From Lama guanicoe (lineage: Eukaryota), in contig MU053472.1 of NCBI GenBank assembly GCA_013239625.1, positions 372,001 to 436,000 on the forward strand: a stretch of DNA of 64,000 nucleotides, in the 5' to 3' direction. Within the stretch, counting starts at the first letter, position 1; every line of letters starts with the position of its first letter. A model generated the notes under the pieces. It searched no databases and was not told the DNA's origin. It saw only the letters and a program-made list of their open reading frames with translations. The position numbers and the translations under genes were made by a program. Positions 13,301-28,300 of the stretch are shown here, one piece after another.

Positions 13301-16300
13301 CCCATTCTGCGTAATTGTCAAACTCCTGTTTGGAGAAAAAAAAAATTCCCACCCCAAATCCATCAGCTTCGTAATGCTTCTATGGGAGCCATGCTTTGGA
13401 AGAAGACAGCTAATACACAAATGGTTGTTAAAAAGCACCGAATGGCATGTAAGGCCAGGGTAACTGCCACACCTAATAAGTCATGGGGAAAACCTGAGGG
13501 GCTTTCAGGCAGTAGTGACAACAAAAACGAGAAAGTTACGAGTCTGGGAATAAAGTCAAATCTATTGTTCTAAAAATTAGAAGCAGTCTGTTCATAAAAA
13601 TCTAACTCCGACCATCCTTCAAGTATTTAGGTAAGAAAACTGCAGTAATTCATCCACCTTTTTACTACCTTCTGAGGGCTCTATTTATTCCATAACCTTG
13701 CTTATACAGCTCAGTGGGTAGATTTGTTCACATTCTACTCAATGAGTACCTTCTGTAGGGGTGGTGTCTTTGGGGGCAGCTCTACAATATCAGCTGCTAT
13801 GAACAAAAATGCTGACCTGGGTGTCGCTGGCAAAACTGTCTGTAGTTGGCTAAACTTTCAAATTACCTCCAGGAGGATTATAATTATGAACTAAGTGATA
13901 AATCAAGAGACTTGTGACTACATTCACATGGCTTTTAACTCCATGGCTAAATAAAGAACACATAGTTTCTATACATATATATATTCCTTCCTTCTTTATA
14001 TACTTGTGAATATAGTACAGGGATCGGCAAACTATAGCCCATGGACCAAATCCAGGCCCGTGCCTGTGTTTGTCAATACAGCTCTGCTGGGACGTAGGCA
14101 TGCTCATTGGTTTACTGGTATCTATGCTGCTTTTGTATAATAATGGTGGAGTTTAGTTGCAACAGAGACTTTAGTCTATAAAACCTAAAATATTTACTAT
14201 ATGGACCTTAATAGGAAAAGTCTGCCAACCCTCTGATATAGTATAATCTTTTTTTAGGTTTTTTTTTTCAATTTTATTTTTTTGTTGTTGTGGGGGGAGG
14301 TAATTAGGTTTATTTATTTATTTTTAATGGAGGTACTAGGGATTGAACCCAGGACCCCATGCATGCTAAGCATGCACTGTGCCACTGAGCTAAACCCTTC
14401 CCCTTTGATCCAGTACAATCCTGAAACCTCCTTAGGTGTGGAATGAGAACTAGACTACAGAAACCGCATACCTACTAAGGAAGTGGGAGTCAACACCAAC
14501 GCAACTTAAGAAACAGGTTCTTTGTCTGAAGAACTTTTCCCTTTCTGAAGCACGTGAAAATGTTTACAAATGAGAAAACGCACTCAAGGGGAGAAAATGC
14601 GGCTACCTAATAAGGCCCTACAAATTACAGTACCTTGAAAAATCTCTTTTTTGGTGATATGAAACCTATGGGTAAGAGATACAACCTCATCCAGAACAAA
14701 AACAAGTTTCTCCTACCTCAATGAAATCTGCTCGAGCTGGCATGTATCCTGCCATGTCCCGAGAAAGCAAGGAGTCAAAGGTAGGTCGGGGAGGGTCATC
14801 GGCAGCTGGAAGAATTTAGAGGTTTTCTTAGTTACTTAATAAAATATTGGCATAAAAAGGTGACAGAGGAAAAGTCCTTGTTTAGACTCTGAAATATTTT
14901 TGTATGGAGAAGGACAGTGTTTGAGAGAAAAAATAAAATTCAAGATTTTTATAAAGAAAAAGTAAAAAAAGTATAGTGGAAACAGACTGATTTCTTAAAA
15001 AGGAAATTAAGACTTAGGGAATCCTCTAAGTAAATATGGGAAATTCCCTCTGATTTTTGCTTTCCTAACATGAAAGAAAACCGAGGATCTTTTCTTTAAT
15101 ATTACAGAAATGAAGCATTTATTTACCCTGTCTGCCTTAGGTCCCTTACCTCTTGGGACCAAGCTCAATTTACAAATCCCACCCAACTGAGAGGCAAAAA
15201 AAAAAAACACTGGGTTTGTAATTGACTGGAATTGAGTCCAGGCTCTAACATAACATCCACTAGCCCCATGACCTCACACAAATTATTTAACATTTCTGAA
15301 TCTCAGTTTCCTTGTGTGCAAAACAAAAGCACTTGCTCAGCCTGCCTCACTGGGGTGCCATGAGGAGGAAATGGTCTAAGAATTTAAGAACAAAGCGCTA
15401 ACATCCAAAGTGCTATCCAAACAGGAGGCATCAGCAGGCTTTGAGTTAGTCAGCTGTGAAACTGTTTCTAGAGAGTATGACGAAAGCAGGGGGTGGGGTA
15501 GAAAAACATTCATATCTCATTACTCGTGCTCTGGGAGTCATTCAGGAAACACGTCCATTTATAATTCATCACAGTTCTGATTATGCCATGAGTCTCTAAG
15601 CCACATAAGATTAAAAAAGAAAAAAAGTTTTCCATTACTGCCACAGCAAAGTGATCAAAAATAACAAATTGCTTCTTTGACTTAACACTGGGATGATTAA
15701 TTACAGTGAGTTAAATACTGGACTCCCTTACATAACTACTCTCTACAAAAAACATAAACGAAGACAAAAACTACTGTCTACAATCACAAATTGTCCATTC
15801 AAAAGGCTTGTACTTACAATAGCATGGAAAGGTTGGTTCGTTTTCGACCTCTCATTTCACAGAAGCAAGCATTAAAGTTAACTGGTATGTTCAAGAGCCT
15901 CAGAGTAGGTGGAACAACACATTGGATCCAGGCACCCAGATATCCAGTACAGAACTCTGACCCTCCTTGCCCTCTGACGGCCCTGGCTCTTGATAACCGG
16001 CACGCCAATTCCTCCGGCCTTCCATAAACTTGTTAGCTGTCCTAGTCATCAAACCACTCGTTATCTCCTACTGTAACAGGGCCCAAGGATGAACTAAGTA
16101 AGTATCTCTTATTGCTACAGGGAGGTACTCACAGTGAAATGGAATGGCTGTGTCAGCAGTTTTTGCTTCCTCTGCTTGCTTCAGGTTCAGCAGGGTAGAT
16201 GCAAACAGAGGGTTATTGATGAAATGCTTCATATAGTGCTTCTCACACTCCTCCTTGGTCTTAGTGCACATCTGATTGGCTACATCCTGCCTAGGGGAGT

Positions 16301-19300
16301 GCGGAAAAAGAGAAAAGGAAGTAGTAATTTCATTTATACATAATGGTGAGAGCATGGTTTGTTCTTTCCATAGTTTAAGTCCTGTCCATGTACTGTCTGG
16401 AATTGTCTACCTCCAAACTGATACCACAGAGCTATCAGCACAACAGTAAGACAAGTATAAACACAGTACTGGTGTATTCTGATGTTCCAAACCCTGCTAT
16501 TCCAAGATACAGTAAAAGCACCTGAATAGCCCTCTCCAGTCCATCAAAAGAAAGGACAATCACCAGAAAATCTGTAAATTTCTCTAGAGCCTTGCTATAA
16601 ATAATAAGCTACTTCAGAACGTTCAAAATTTACATAAGGACAGTTTTATATCTGTATGTTTTTTTGGTTAACAAAACACTTCACGTGACCAAGTGTTTCT
16701 TTACTAGAGCTCCCATGATATGCCAAGCTCTAAACTAGAAACATTCACAACGTAATTTTAATTAATCCTAGTATTAGCTGTGTGGTGTATTTACTATCTC
16801 AAGTTCATAGATGGAAAAAAGAGGCCCAAAGAGATTAAGAAACTTGCTTAGAACATAAAGCACATAAGTGACAAAGCCAGAATGTGTACTTAAGACCCCT
16901 GGCTCCTGGCCCAGATGATGGAGAGGTGGAGGTGTAATCTCTCCAAGTCCCCTCTCAACTTCTCTCTTCCACAGCACTTCACCTGTCCTTCTCCTAAGGC
17001 ATTACTAACCTCTGCCTGGTGTACAATCATATGTGCATATATTTGGTTCCCCTACTGGACAAGCTTCTGGAATGCAGGATACACGTCAGAATTCTCAGCT
17101 CTAGCACCCTCCCCACCAAGCTTGGTGCCTTATCCACCGCAGACAGAGAAACAATAGTCTTTTTTGTGGTCTCTGCTAGGAGGGAAGGGGGACGAAGAGG
17201 ACCAGCCCATTTTAGAGAGCTAGAATTTTAAGCAAAAAACTAGGCCAAAGATGACCAGCAAGCTCCTCGTGAGTGATTACTTTTTCCATCGTCTTTGGTA
17301 TTCCTATAGTAAACAATGTTTTATGATGCTTAATAAATGCTGAGTGAATTAATACAAGCCAAATATGGGCTGAACTTAAGTCTCTTTCTTCAAAGCCCTG
17401 AACATAAGGGAGGTAGCACAGCGTATTCTGCTAGTATCAGGATAGATTACATATACTAGGGAGTCATGACAGGGAAGGGTCTTTCACTAATAAACTATGT
17501 GATCATGAGAGGTCATTTTTCACTTCCTAAGCTTCAGATTCTTCATAAACAAAATATGTTGACTAATGCCTCTGCTATCCAGTTTACAAAATGAAATCAA
17601 CAGTGTGAAAGTACTCCCAAAAGGTAAAAATGAAAGTGGTGGTATTATTAAGCAATGTCACCTCACAGGGCAACGGCAATGAGTGCTACTCAATTCTGCC
17701 AAGCTCGGACAAAGGCAGGTAGCTACAGGCTACAGACAAGGGATGGGAATCAGCAGTCTGTCACACCTGACGCTCAGGTAAACTACAGCCATCTACCTAA
17801 AGTCCAGCTCATGTAAATGATGAGGGCATCTACAGCCAAGAAAAATTCACAAAATCAGAAAGGAACAATAGCTAGTTAAGTCTAACTTCCCCACTGTTCA
17901 GAAAGGAACAGCCAACCTCCCCATGCTAATGTGTCCAAAGTGGCCTTCTAGAGCTGCCTGGTCCCAGCCCACTAAACGTCCTGTATCCCCGTGAGGAGGT
18001 TCAGTCTTGGAAAATAATGTGCAGAGGGACGAGGACTTGTCTCTAAGTCATGTGTCAACAGAAAAGCAACACATGGCCCCCAAACTCCTTTTTCTGAGGC
18101 TCCTCCTTTTATCTTCAACAGTACCTTTTTTCAGAGCCCACAAAAGCTTACTCCCAAGTTCTTACCAATTTCCAAAGCCACAGTCCATCACAGCTTCTAA
18201 AAGGGCCATTTCTTCTTGAGCGGTCCAGCTGGGGTCAAGAACAGGAAAATCTGAGGTCTAAGATAGAAAAAGTCTTGCCTAAGAACGGATATAGAAATGG
18301 AAGCCAGCAATCCCAAATGTAATCCTAACTGTAGTCAAATGACTGTCACTCTCATGGTATTGAGAGGTGCCTAAAGTACATTCTTCTTAGTTGTCCACAC
18401 CCTCACCTCTATTTCTACCACTAGCTACAAGAGTGTCCAATATTATCAACCACAAGTGCCATGTAACTCATGCAGAAACACGTGTTTTTTAAACTTAGCA
18501 TAAAAGTAGAGATAAATATTATAGTATATTCCCATTTAGCTAAGAAAGAGGAGAATACAAATAGGTATATTTATATTTTTTTAATGGAAGAATAAACTGT
18601 ATTAAAACCAAGGTTACCTATGGGGGGAAAAAGGGAGAAAGTAGGGTGGAAAGGACAAGGACGGGGGAGGGTATAGCTCAATGGTAGGGCACGTGCTTAG
18701 CATGCACAAGGTCCTGGGTTCAACCCCCAGTACCTCCTTTAAATAAACAAACAAACAAATAAATAAACCTAATTATCTCCCCCTCAAAAATAAACAAAAA
18801 AATGATCTTTAAAAAGTAGTAAAAAAGTCACAGGTGGAGCCCATAGCCTGACAGCTTCCACTTTTTTGCCCTCAGGATCTCTGAACCACCACATAAAAAA
18901 ATCTAGCCTCTTTTCTGGAAAGACCATGTGGAGAGGCCACATGGAGAGGGAGAGGCCCCAAGGCGTCCAGGCAGTTAAGATGTTCCAGCTAACTCCCAAC
19001 CAATTCAAGCCACCCTGAGGTGCCAAAAGTGAAAAAACCCCTTTGACTTCCATTTCTAGCACAACACGTGGAACAAGGCTACTCTCACGGTGCCAGTGTG
19101 AATTCCTGACCCACAAAACTGTAGGAGATAATAAAATAGTTATTTTAAACCACAAGGTTTTGAAGAAGCTGTTAGGGGGCAACAGATAACTGAAACGCCT
19201 CTCTATTTTATCATATGCTTGAAATTTACTATAAGTTAAAAAACAAAAAAAGGACACAAGAAGTCTTCAGAATACACAGGCTTTTAGAAACTGTTTTATC

Positions 19301-22300
19301 TCTTGTTAATGACCAAAAAAAAAAAAAAACACCCCTCTGTGATGATCTGTGAAATCACACAAACAAGCAATACACTTTATCTGAGCACATACTATGACTA
19401 TGCCTCACATGTGAGGACTATGAGGTCCACAAGAGAAATTTCAGAGTCTATGTCTATATTAAATTCATAATAATCGTTCAATGTGGAAAGTACCATAAAT
19501 ACATGTAAATATAGTGACATAGTTGAAAAGCCTGTATTATTTTTAAAAGTGTATTTTGGAATATTAATTAGCCCTCACTAACTTTATTGTGAGATAAACC
19601 AGAAAGACTTTCTACATCAAAAAATAAGTGGCATAAGGCAGTTTTTCTTAAAGTTGAATCAATGGTATTCAATTTCTGGACCCAATCTCAGCCCTACTGA
19701 ACCAGGATCTCTAACATCATGTCCTAGGAATCTATAATTTTAAGAAGCTCCCAGGTGATTCTTATGCACTAAAGCTTAAGAATCACTGGTATAAAAGGTG
19801 TGGCAGAAAGAGGTGCCTTGACTTGTTCAAGGTTCTAAGAATTATAAGACAAAAATAGGCAAAGAACTCAGAAATCTTGATTAATGCACCACCCACCACA
19901 GCATGAGTAACTTCCAAAAATACAGCACCGTGAGATGGCAAAAGTACTGAAAACCATTTAAAGTATTCTGAGGCTCTGTGTGGAAAAAAATTAAGTTTTT
20001 AGTGGCTTCGTGTGTAGAAAGGCAAAATTTGGTCATCATTCCTATGGAAGGAAAGATTCCTCTTTCCCTTATCTGGAAATAAAGACTAGCAAAAAAAAAA
20101 AAAAAGAGTATTAGTAACCTCCAAAAGTTCTGCAAAATAAAGGACAGAATTCTGAAATGTGTTTGTATGGGTGTTGAATATGTGAGAAAGGGATGATGTA
20201 ATGTGAAGAATTAAGTGGACTTGAGTGAAACTTAGTGCCTTGAGTGAAACTTAGTGCCTTCAGCATCATGCAGAATTCATGGTGCCCAGAACAGCTAAAG
20301 ACGGCTCGTGGTCAGCTTTCCTGCAGTGGATAACCATCAATCTACCCAACCTATACTCAATCATCCTTTTAGGAATTATTTTCACAATTCAAATGAATAA
20401 ATCTGTATTCTGGTTCTAGGCATTCTTGTGTGAATTTGGGAAGAATACGCCAGCTTTCTGAAGATCTGATAACTTTAGCAAAATGAACTCAACCCCACAG
20501 CTACTCTGACCACACTCTCTCAATCCTTCATTCATTTTGCAATTAACAAAAGGGAAAAACATTATTCATAGGAAAAGATGTTCTATATCATATGTTGTCA
20601 GAGAAATGCCAATTAAAACAATGAGATAGCACTATACCTATTAGAATGGCCAAAATCCAGAACACTGACAACACCAAATGCTGACTAGGACGGGAGCAAC
20701 CAGAACTCTGATTCATTGCTGGTGGGAATGTAAAATGGTACAGCCACTTTGGGCAGTTTGGAAGTTTCTTACAAAACTAAACATATTCTTACCATGGTAT
20801 CCAGCAACCACATTCCTGGGTATTTACCCAAAGGAGCTGAAAACTTATGTCTACATAAAAACCCAAACAAAGATATTTATAGCTGCTTTATTCTTAATTG
20901 TTAAAACGTGGAAGCAACCAAGATGTCCTTTAGTTGATGGATAGATAAATAAACTGTGATATATCCAGACAACAGAATATTATTCAGCACTGAAAAAGAA
21001 ATGAGCTATCAAGCCAGGAGAAGACATGGAAGAAACTTAAATACATATTACTGAGTGAAAGCAGCCAATAAGAAACAGCTACACACTGTATGATTCCAAC
21101 TATATGACATTTTGGAAAAGGCAAAACCATGTAGATCATAAAAAAGATCAGTGGCTGCCAGAGGCTGGGGGGCAGGGACAGATGAATAGGCAGAACACAG
21201 AATATTTTTAGGGCCATGAAACTACTCTGTATGATACTATAGTGGTAGACAGATGACATTATATATTTCTACAAACCCACAGAATATGTAACACCAAGAG
21301 TGAACCCTAATGTAAGTGATGGAGTTTGGGTGATAATGAGGTGTCAGTGCAGGTTCACCAATTATAATATACGTACAATTCTGGTAGGGAAGTGTTAATA
21401 ACGGGGGAGGCTACACATTTGTGGGGCCAAGGGTTATATGGGAAATGACTGTACTTTCTAATCAGTTTGGCTGTGAACCTATAACTGCTCTAATAAACAA
21501 AGTCTAATATAAAAAAAATGTATTCCAAACTTATAATTAGTGAAGAAACTATTTAGAAGACTGAAGGTATGCAGGGAGAAGTAGGGGAAGGCCAGCGAGC
21601 TGACTGCCAAACTCTCTTACTAAGGAGCATTTCTCTGACTACTTCATTATGGACCAGGATCTGACTCTCAGCATTCCAGAAACTCATCCTAAATAAGACT
21701 TCACAAATAATCAGGGTCTGATGTGCTAAGTCACCCTTTCTAAACCTTTAAGAAACTGAAGTAGATACACTACAGTGCTGCGGTACACAGAATTCTAAAG
21801 ATGTCCCCCACTGCCAAGATTCCTGTCCTCTGATCATTCAATCAAAGTATTACTGTAAAGGGACTATGCTGGTGGGATTAAGGTACTAATCAGCTGACCT
21901 TAAAATAGGGGGATTATTCAGGTGACCCCAATGTAATCAAATGGGCCCTTAAAAGTAGACGAGGGAGGCAGAAGAGTCAGAGAGACTCAGTACAGGAGAT
22001 TAACCAGGAGAGGTCAGAGAGACTCCAAGCACTTCATCAATAACCAACTCCCTATCATTGCTGAAGCTGAATACGGGGAAAAGGGGGCCAGGAACCTCTA
22101 GAGGCTGAGAGCAAGTCCCGGCCAACAACCAAGAAGGAAACAGTAGCATCAGTCCCACAACCTCCAGGCAGTGACCTCTGTCAACAACGTGAATGAAAAT
22201 GGAGGTGGACTGGAAGTGGATTCTCCCCCAGGGCCAGGAAGGCCAACACTTTCATTTCAGCCTTATGGAATCTGGAGCAAACCACTTAGCCTAATGGTCT

Positions 22301-25300
22301 TCTGACCTACAGAACTGTGAGGTGATAAATTTGTGCTGCTCCATGTTTGCTAAGTTGCTATGGCAGTAAGAGAAAACAAATACAAGTATCAGTGGCTTAA
22401 TACACAATGAAGAAGATGCTCAGCCAGCATTCTTTCCTGTAAGAAAGCCACTTGGTGAACTAGGAGCTAGGCTCTGGTAACTGACAAAACTATCTTCCCA
22501 AGTATATATACCCGCCAAGCATACCAGATACTCACTTTGGCTTATTAAAGGGCCCAGTCCTCTGCCTAGAGACTGGAAGGACACCACCATCTGCCTCTCA
22601 TTCTTTCTTTAGAGGTGGCACAAGATCAATCAAATGACAGCCAAGTCTTATTCTGGCCTATAAGTCAATCTTATCTCTTACTATGTCATTCACTCTACAT
22701 TCGTTTTACAACTTAACCCTCCGAGGGTACCTAATTTCCCCAAGGCTGGGGATGGAGTGCTAGACATAAATTTCACCACTGCCCACACAAACCGCATAAA
22801 AATATCATTAGCCAAACACACTGACAACACATTTATCAATGAACCTAAAAAGCAGTACACCTCTGATCCTTGTATCAGTAAACGTCAAAAAGTACTTCCT
22901 TTAAATTCCTTCTAATCTGAGACAAAAATCTGTGTACATAAAATGATTTTAGAGCCATAAAACCCTTAAAAGTTTATGGGGTAATGATTACCTAATTCAG
23001 AAGAAGGGGAAAGAAAAAGGAAAGAAATACCTGGAGATGAAGGGGAAAAAAGACTAATTTCCAGTATAATACTTGAAAATATACAGAAATTCCCTGCAAC
23101 TTCATCATTACCATTATTTCATAAGTATGATCACTTTGATGTTTCTTGTACTCAAATCCTCGAGTGAAACACTGCAAAAGAAAGGAAAATAAAGTTACCA
23201 AAAAGCTACTTTTTGAAATGTTTTCTCAAAGGATAAAAGATGGCTTGGGGGTATTCTACTCATTTGTGATGAGATTTTAGAATTCATGTGTCTGCAGTCA
23301 CAATAGGGAGGTGAGATTCACAGTTTTTCAGTGGCTTTTTTTGAGAGGAAAAAAACCCAACAATCTGAAAAAAAGACTTTTTCCTAGGACAACCCCTCCT
23401 TCGATAAAAGCGTTAAGTCTTGGAAGCAGACGGCCTAAATTTGACTCCTGGCTTCATACTTACAGTATTTCAGCAATTCTAAGATATATATTTTTTCACA
23501 TTTTAAAACTGAAATGAGGATTCATTTTATAATAAAAAGTATATCATAACCTCCATCAGCCATTCTTACACTTGAACACTTCTGAAATTGCCATGCGTCT
23601 TTTAATCAATAGCATCTTGGATCTGAAAAAATTGTTTGCTGTGTGACCTTGTGCAAATGACTTAACCTCTCTTTGCCTCAGTTTCCTCTACAAAATAGGG
23701 ACTGTAATCATACTTACTTCCTAGAGTTGCAGTGATGATTTAAAGGTCAATTCATGCAAAGTACTCAAAATAGAGCCTGGCACAGAGTAAGCACTTGTAA
23801 TTAGTATTGCTATTACCACCATCATCCACAAAACAGTTTGTTCCCTTGTTTACCACCCGAAGATCACTCTTCAGTAAGATAATAAACAGTGTCATAGGTG
23901 CTATCGAAAGGAATACTCCTCCAATTGTTTACTGTAGACCCAGTATTTCAAATCTACCGGCAACAACAGCATTAAGTTGATTCAGGAAAGTGGAATATTC
24001 AACAGTCTATCTCGTCCATCCTGTTCTGTTCCCCAGTTTTTCACTTGTAAAATGTGTAACAGAAGATTGACTGGAAAAAAATAGATTTAAGAAGGTATGG
24101 TCCTTCTGAGCAAATGATGGTCAACTCTGAGTTTACTATACCCATAAAACCAGGGAAGCCTCCCTTTAATCAGTTACCTGTAAGCAGAGGAAAAAAGGAG
24201 GTGGCCCACATTCAGCACACTTGATATAAGGTTCCATGAGGTAGGAGGAGCAACCTCGGCAAGGTGGCTTATCAGAGGGATCATCTAGGACAGAAGGAAA
24301 AACAGACTAGCTTCAAAACACCTTACGATTATCTTCAGTGCAAGAAGGTAAAAATCTGAGGCTTCGCTGAAAAGTTCATGGAGACAAGATGAGCTCATTC
24401 CAAATAAGAAAACCCCAAAATTATGTTTTTATATTTCAGGGTAGCTGTGTTCCCTCCTACAGTATATCTTCTATTTCAAACAGCACTTAAGTAGATATGG
24501 CCCTTGCAAAGAAGTTTCAAAAGCAAGTTTTAACTGGAAGTTTCAGAATGCCCACAATTTATTTTTCCAGGGGCAAATAAAAAAAGTCACATACCTACAC
24601 AACACATATGTAGTTATAGGCAAAGCCAATCTGACAAAATGTTAATAATTGCTGGATCTAGATAATGGGTAATAAGTAATCACTGTACTGTTCTTTTAGC
24701 TTGTCTATAAGTTTGAAGATTTTTGTAATAAAAAGTTGAGGGGAAAACCCTTTAATATATATTTTGGGATATACTACTTTATATTTGAGGTGGGAGTTAA
24801 GCCCAGGACAGCTCCCTGCCTTTCTCCCACAATAAGCAGAGAACAAAACAGACCTTCCTTCAGTTCCAATGAAGGTATTATCTCTGAAATATTAAGGTAA
24901 GGAGTACAATCTAAACTCTCTAAAGTCATAAAAATGCAAGCATGTGTGTCCCTGGCTGCCCCCAACTCTGCCACTCTTGAGTCAGGGCAACCCAACAGAG
25001 CTGCTCTCTGTGATGAACAAAAGGAGTCTAAGAGAATAGGCTTTGAAGCAGATTTAATCTGTTTAGCCTGGGGCAGGATTTCTCACATTCTGGAATAGCA
25101 TTTTCTTCCCTGAAGTCCAAGAAACTGTCTTCAAGGCACGCTTTACTTCTTAAGGTAGTGATCCTTGTTCTTTTCATTTGTTACTATATGAAGACTTGGA
25201 AAAAAATGACAGGAGAAAGAAAGGTAATCTTTCTGGCAACAGCTTCAAAATAAATATATCAAACAGCAACTACTACACTTCTCCCATTAAAAATTTTGAC

Positions 25301-28300
25301 ATGGAGGAACAAAAATTATTTTATATTAAAAGCCAATTTTTGCCAAATTACCTTCTTCCTCACATCCTTTTATTCTGATGATAGAAGCTTGTTTTACTTT
25401 CCTCAAACTTTCTTCAACAGTAATAACAAAAACTTGGCTAATGACTGACCAAAGTAAAGTCTTTAAACCCTTATATCAAGAATTATTTTGTAAAAATTAG
25501 TTTCTGTTTTCAAAAGTTTTAGACAATAGAAGTATACAGTATGTCACCCTCTATTAACATTCTGGTTTCCAGCCCTTTCTCTATGTATGTGTATATATAT
25601 ATTTAACGAAAGTGGGATACTGTTTTTTTTTTCACTTGACAATATATGGTCAACATCTTTCATGATGGTACACATTGCTCTTCCTCATTCCTTTTCATGG
25701 ATGAATAATATTCCATTATATCAATTACCTAACCTAATGGTTTTCAACTGTGCCCTAAGAAGGCATTCTGAAAATCTGAGGTATTTTTTTGCTGCCACAG
25801 TGACTAGGGAGCACTGCTGGCATTTGGCAGGCAGGGACCAGGGATGCTAGATATCCTGCAATGCTTGATATTCCTACACAAGGATTGGCCTGTGTCCTGC
25901 ACAACTTTCACATGTCCCACCAGATGTTCAAGGAGGTGAAAAACCTGGTTATAATTTCATGACCTGGAACCTAATTCCATATTACTTATAAAACAAAATG
26001 TTCTTGATATCTTTAATAGGTACTGAATTTTCTAGGAAGGCAACTGCATTACTTCAAGAGGAGAATCTATCTTGTTTTGTTCAGAACTTTACAAACAGTT
26101 ATTCAAGCCTGTGGTATTCTGAGTCACCAACACAACACATATGAATCATTGTGCATTTGTAGTTGTAAGATGCACAGTGATTCAACATAGGGGTACCAGC
26201 ATCTGATTACTTAAGTCACATCTTCTACTGTAATGTCTAAACAAACTGAGATACATATTATTTTATTATAAATTACTTATTTCATTATAAATTACTTCTT
26301 TTATTTATCTTTTATAGCATAGTTAAAGCATTATTTTTATTTCTTTGAAAGCATGGGTGTAGATACATTATCTCTATATTTCATTTTCAAACAGTAAAAG
26401 GAACTTTAAAAATATTATAGTATTTAGGCCAGATTTTGGTCTCTAATGTCATTCTTCTCTAAAAGCACCATGGGCTCCTCAGAAAAGTGGCTGATTCTAG
26501 GGCTGGGGCGTGGGAGGTACAAGTCGTACCTGGAAAATGCAGTCATGCCAAAAAGGAAGGAGATGCTCAAAAAAGTGACAGGGGAAGGGCATGCCACAAG
26601 GTTGCAAGAGCCAGCTTGAAGGGGCACACAGTGGTCAAATTAGGATAATCTGAGAACCAAAATAATTAAGTATGATAATGAATTACAAACCATTAAGAAA
26701 ATAGGAATTCATGTGTCCATACTGATAATAAATAAATAAGCAAGCAAGTAAGTAAGTGAAACAGATGGCCTCTTGATTATAGTAAAATGCTAAGTGCTAA
26801 CTAGTGAATGTGGAGAGGGTGCTTGATCTGGGGGAAAAAATCATTTTGCAACCGTCATAATAAAATTGGATCAAGCAAAAATCATCAGTGGATGCTAACT
26901 AGGGAGAAATTCTGATGAGGAACAGGGTATTTTATGGCCTGAAAGTGTCTCCTTATGGGTTGCTTATTATATGCAAGGGAAAAAATAGAAATTATATGGT
27001 AAAGAATTCAAACAAACACCTTGAGTGGGTTTTCAAAGTCAGCATCACCAATGAGATAGAGCAAGACCAGAAAAACCCAAATTGAGGCATTCTATTTTTA
27101 AAAAGGGGGAAAGGGCCTGTATTCTCCAAAAGAGTCAGCCACTAAAGACAAACATTGTGGAACTATTTCAGTTTATTTTATTATTTTGGGGGGAGAAGGA
27201 GGGAGGTAAATAGGTTTACTTATTTTATGTTTAGAAGAGGTACTGGGGATTGAACCCAGGACCTCATGCAGGCTAAGCGTACGCTCTACTGCTTAAGCTA
27301 CACCCTCCCCCTGAACTATTTCAGTTAAAGAGACATAGTAACTTAATGCAAGACCTGACTCTGACCCTATCCTGTACGGGAAGGAGAAAAACCTCATAAA
27401 GGACATTATTGAGTCAATGGACGAAACTGGAATACAGATGGTAGGTTATAGAAAAGTACTTTATCAATGTTATACTCAGTAAAGTTGGTAACTCTACTGA
27501 GGTTAGACTACACTGAAGTTAAAACAGAATATCCTCAGTAGTCTCAGGAAATAAAGCCCTGAGGGGTAAAGGCCATGACATATGTCCCTTACATTCAAAT
27601 GATTCTGAAAAAAACAAAATACGGGATGTGTGTGTCTACTTATAAATACATGTATGTGTAAGTAGACTAATATTTATGGATAGAGAATGAGAACACAGGC
27701 AAATAGAGTAAAAGGTTTACAAAAGGTGTATGGGCATTCTTTGTATTTTCTTATGCTTCCAATTTTTCTGTAAGTTTGAAATTATTTCCAAATAAAACGT
27801 TTAAAAATTATTTTAAAAAGGGAGAGACGGTGGTTTCAGTTTACATTCCAGCATGGGGACAATTCATTTAGGTTCTTTCTCTGAGTATAAAATGAGAGGT
27901 TTGAACTAGATGTCTTTGAAGACTCCATTCTGTCCTAAATTTACATAGGGAGTGTGATGAGAGTCAATTAGAGCCCCTTTAAGAAACTGCTAAAGAGAAT
28001 ACATCGCAAAAGTGCCTTTCTGATTCTTCTCATTGAGACACTACTAACATCTAACTATCTAACATCTAATGGATTTCTGTTTCTGCCAAATCTCTTATCT
28101 TCAGAATCAGAGAAAAGGTAGTGCATTTTTTCATCTTTGATTGTGGCTGCCTGGACTTACTTCACACATAATTCTCTGCACTATTATTATACTGTAGTTT
28201 ACTATTAGGATACAAGTTCCACCAAAAAGGGGCCTGGGGAATATTTTCTTTATTCTACCACTGACATTATTTCTTACCAAGGCACCTGAAATATGTTACT

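Noticed and set aside
18663..18740. tRNA-like sequences with A and B boxes (nine copies)
   Set aside because: Diverged, carry A-rich tails and TSDs; these are SINEs, not tRNA genes. The recurring MEVLGIEPRTLCML ORFs are their antisense translation.
20221..20260. 19-bp tandem duplication TTGAGTGAAACTTAGTGCC x2 (similar small duplications near 26265 and 38160)
   Set aside because: Two copies without spacers; ordinary slippage, not a CRISPR-like array.
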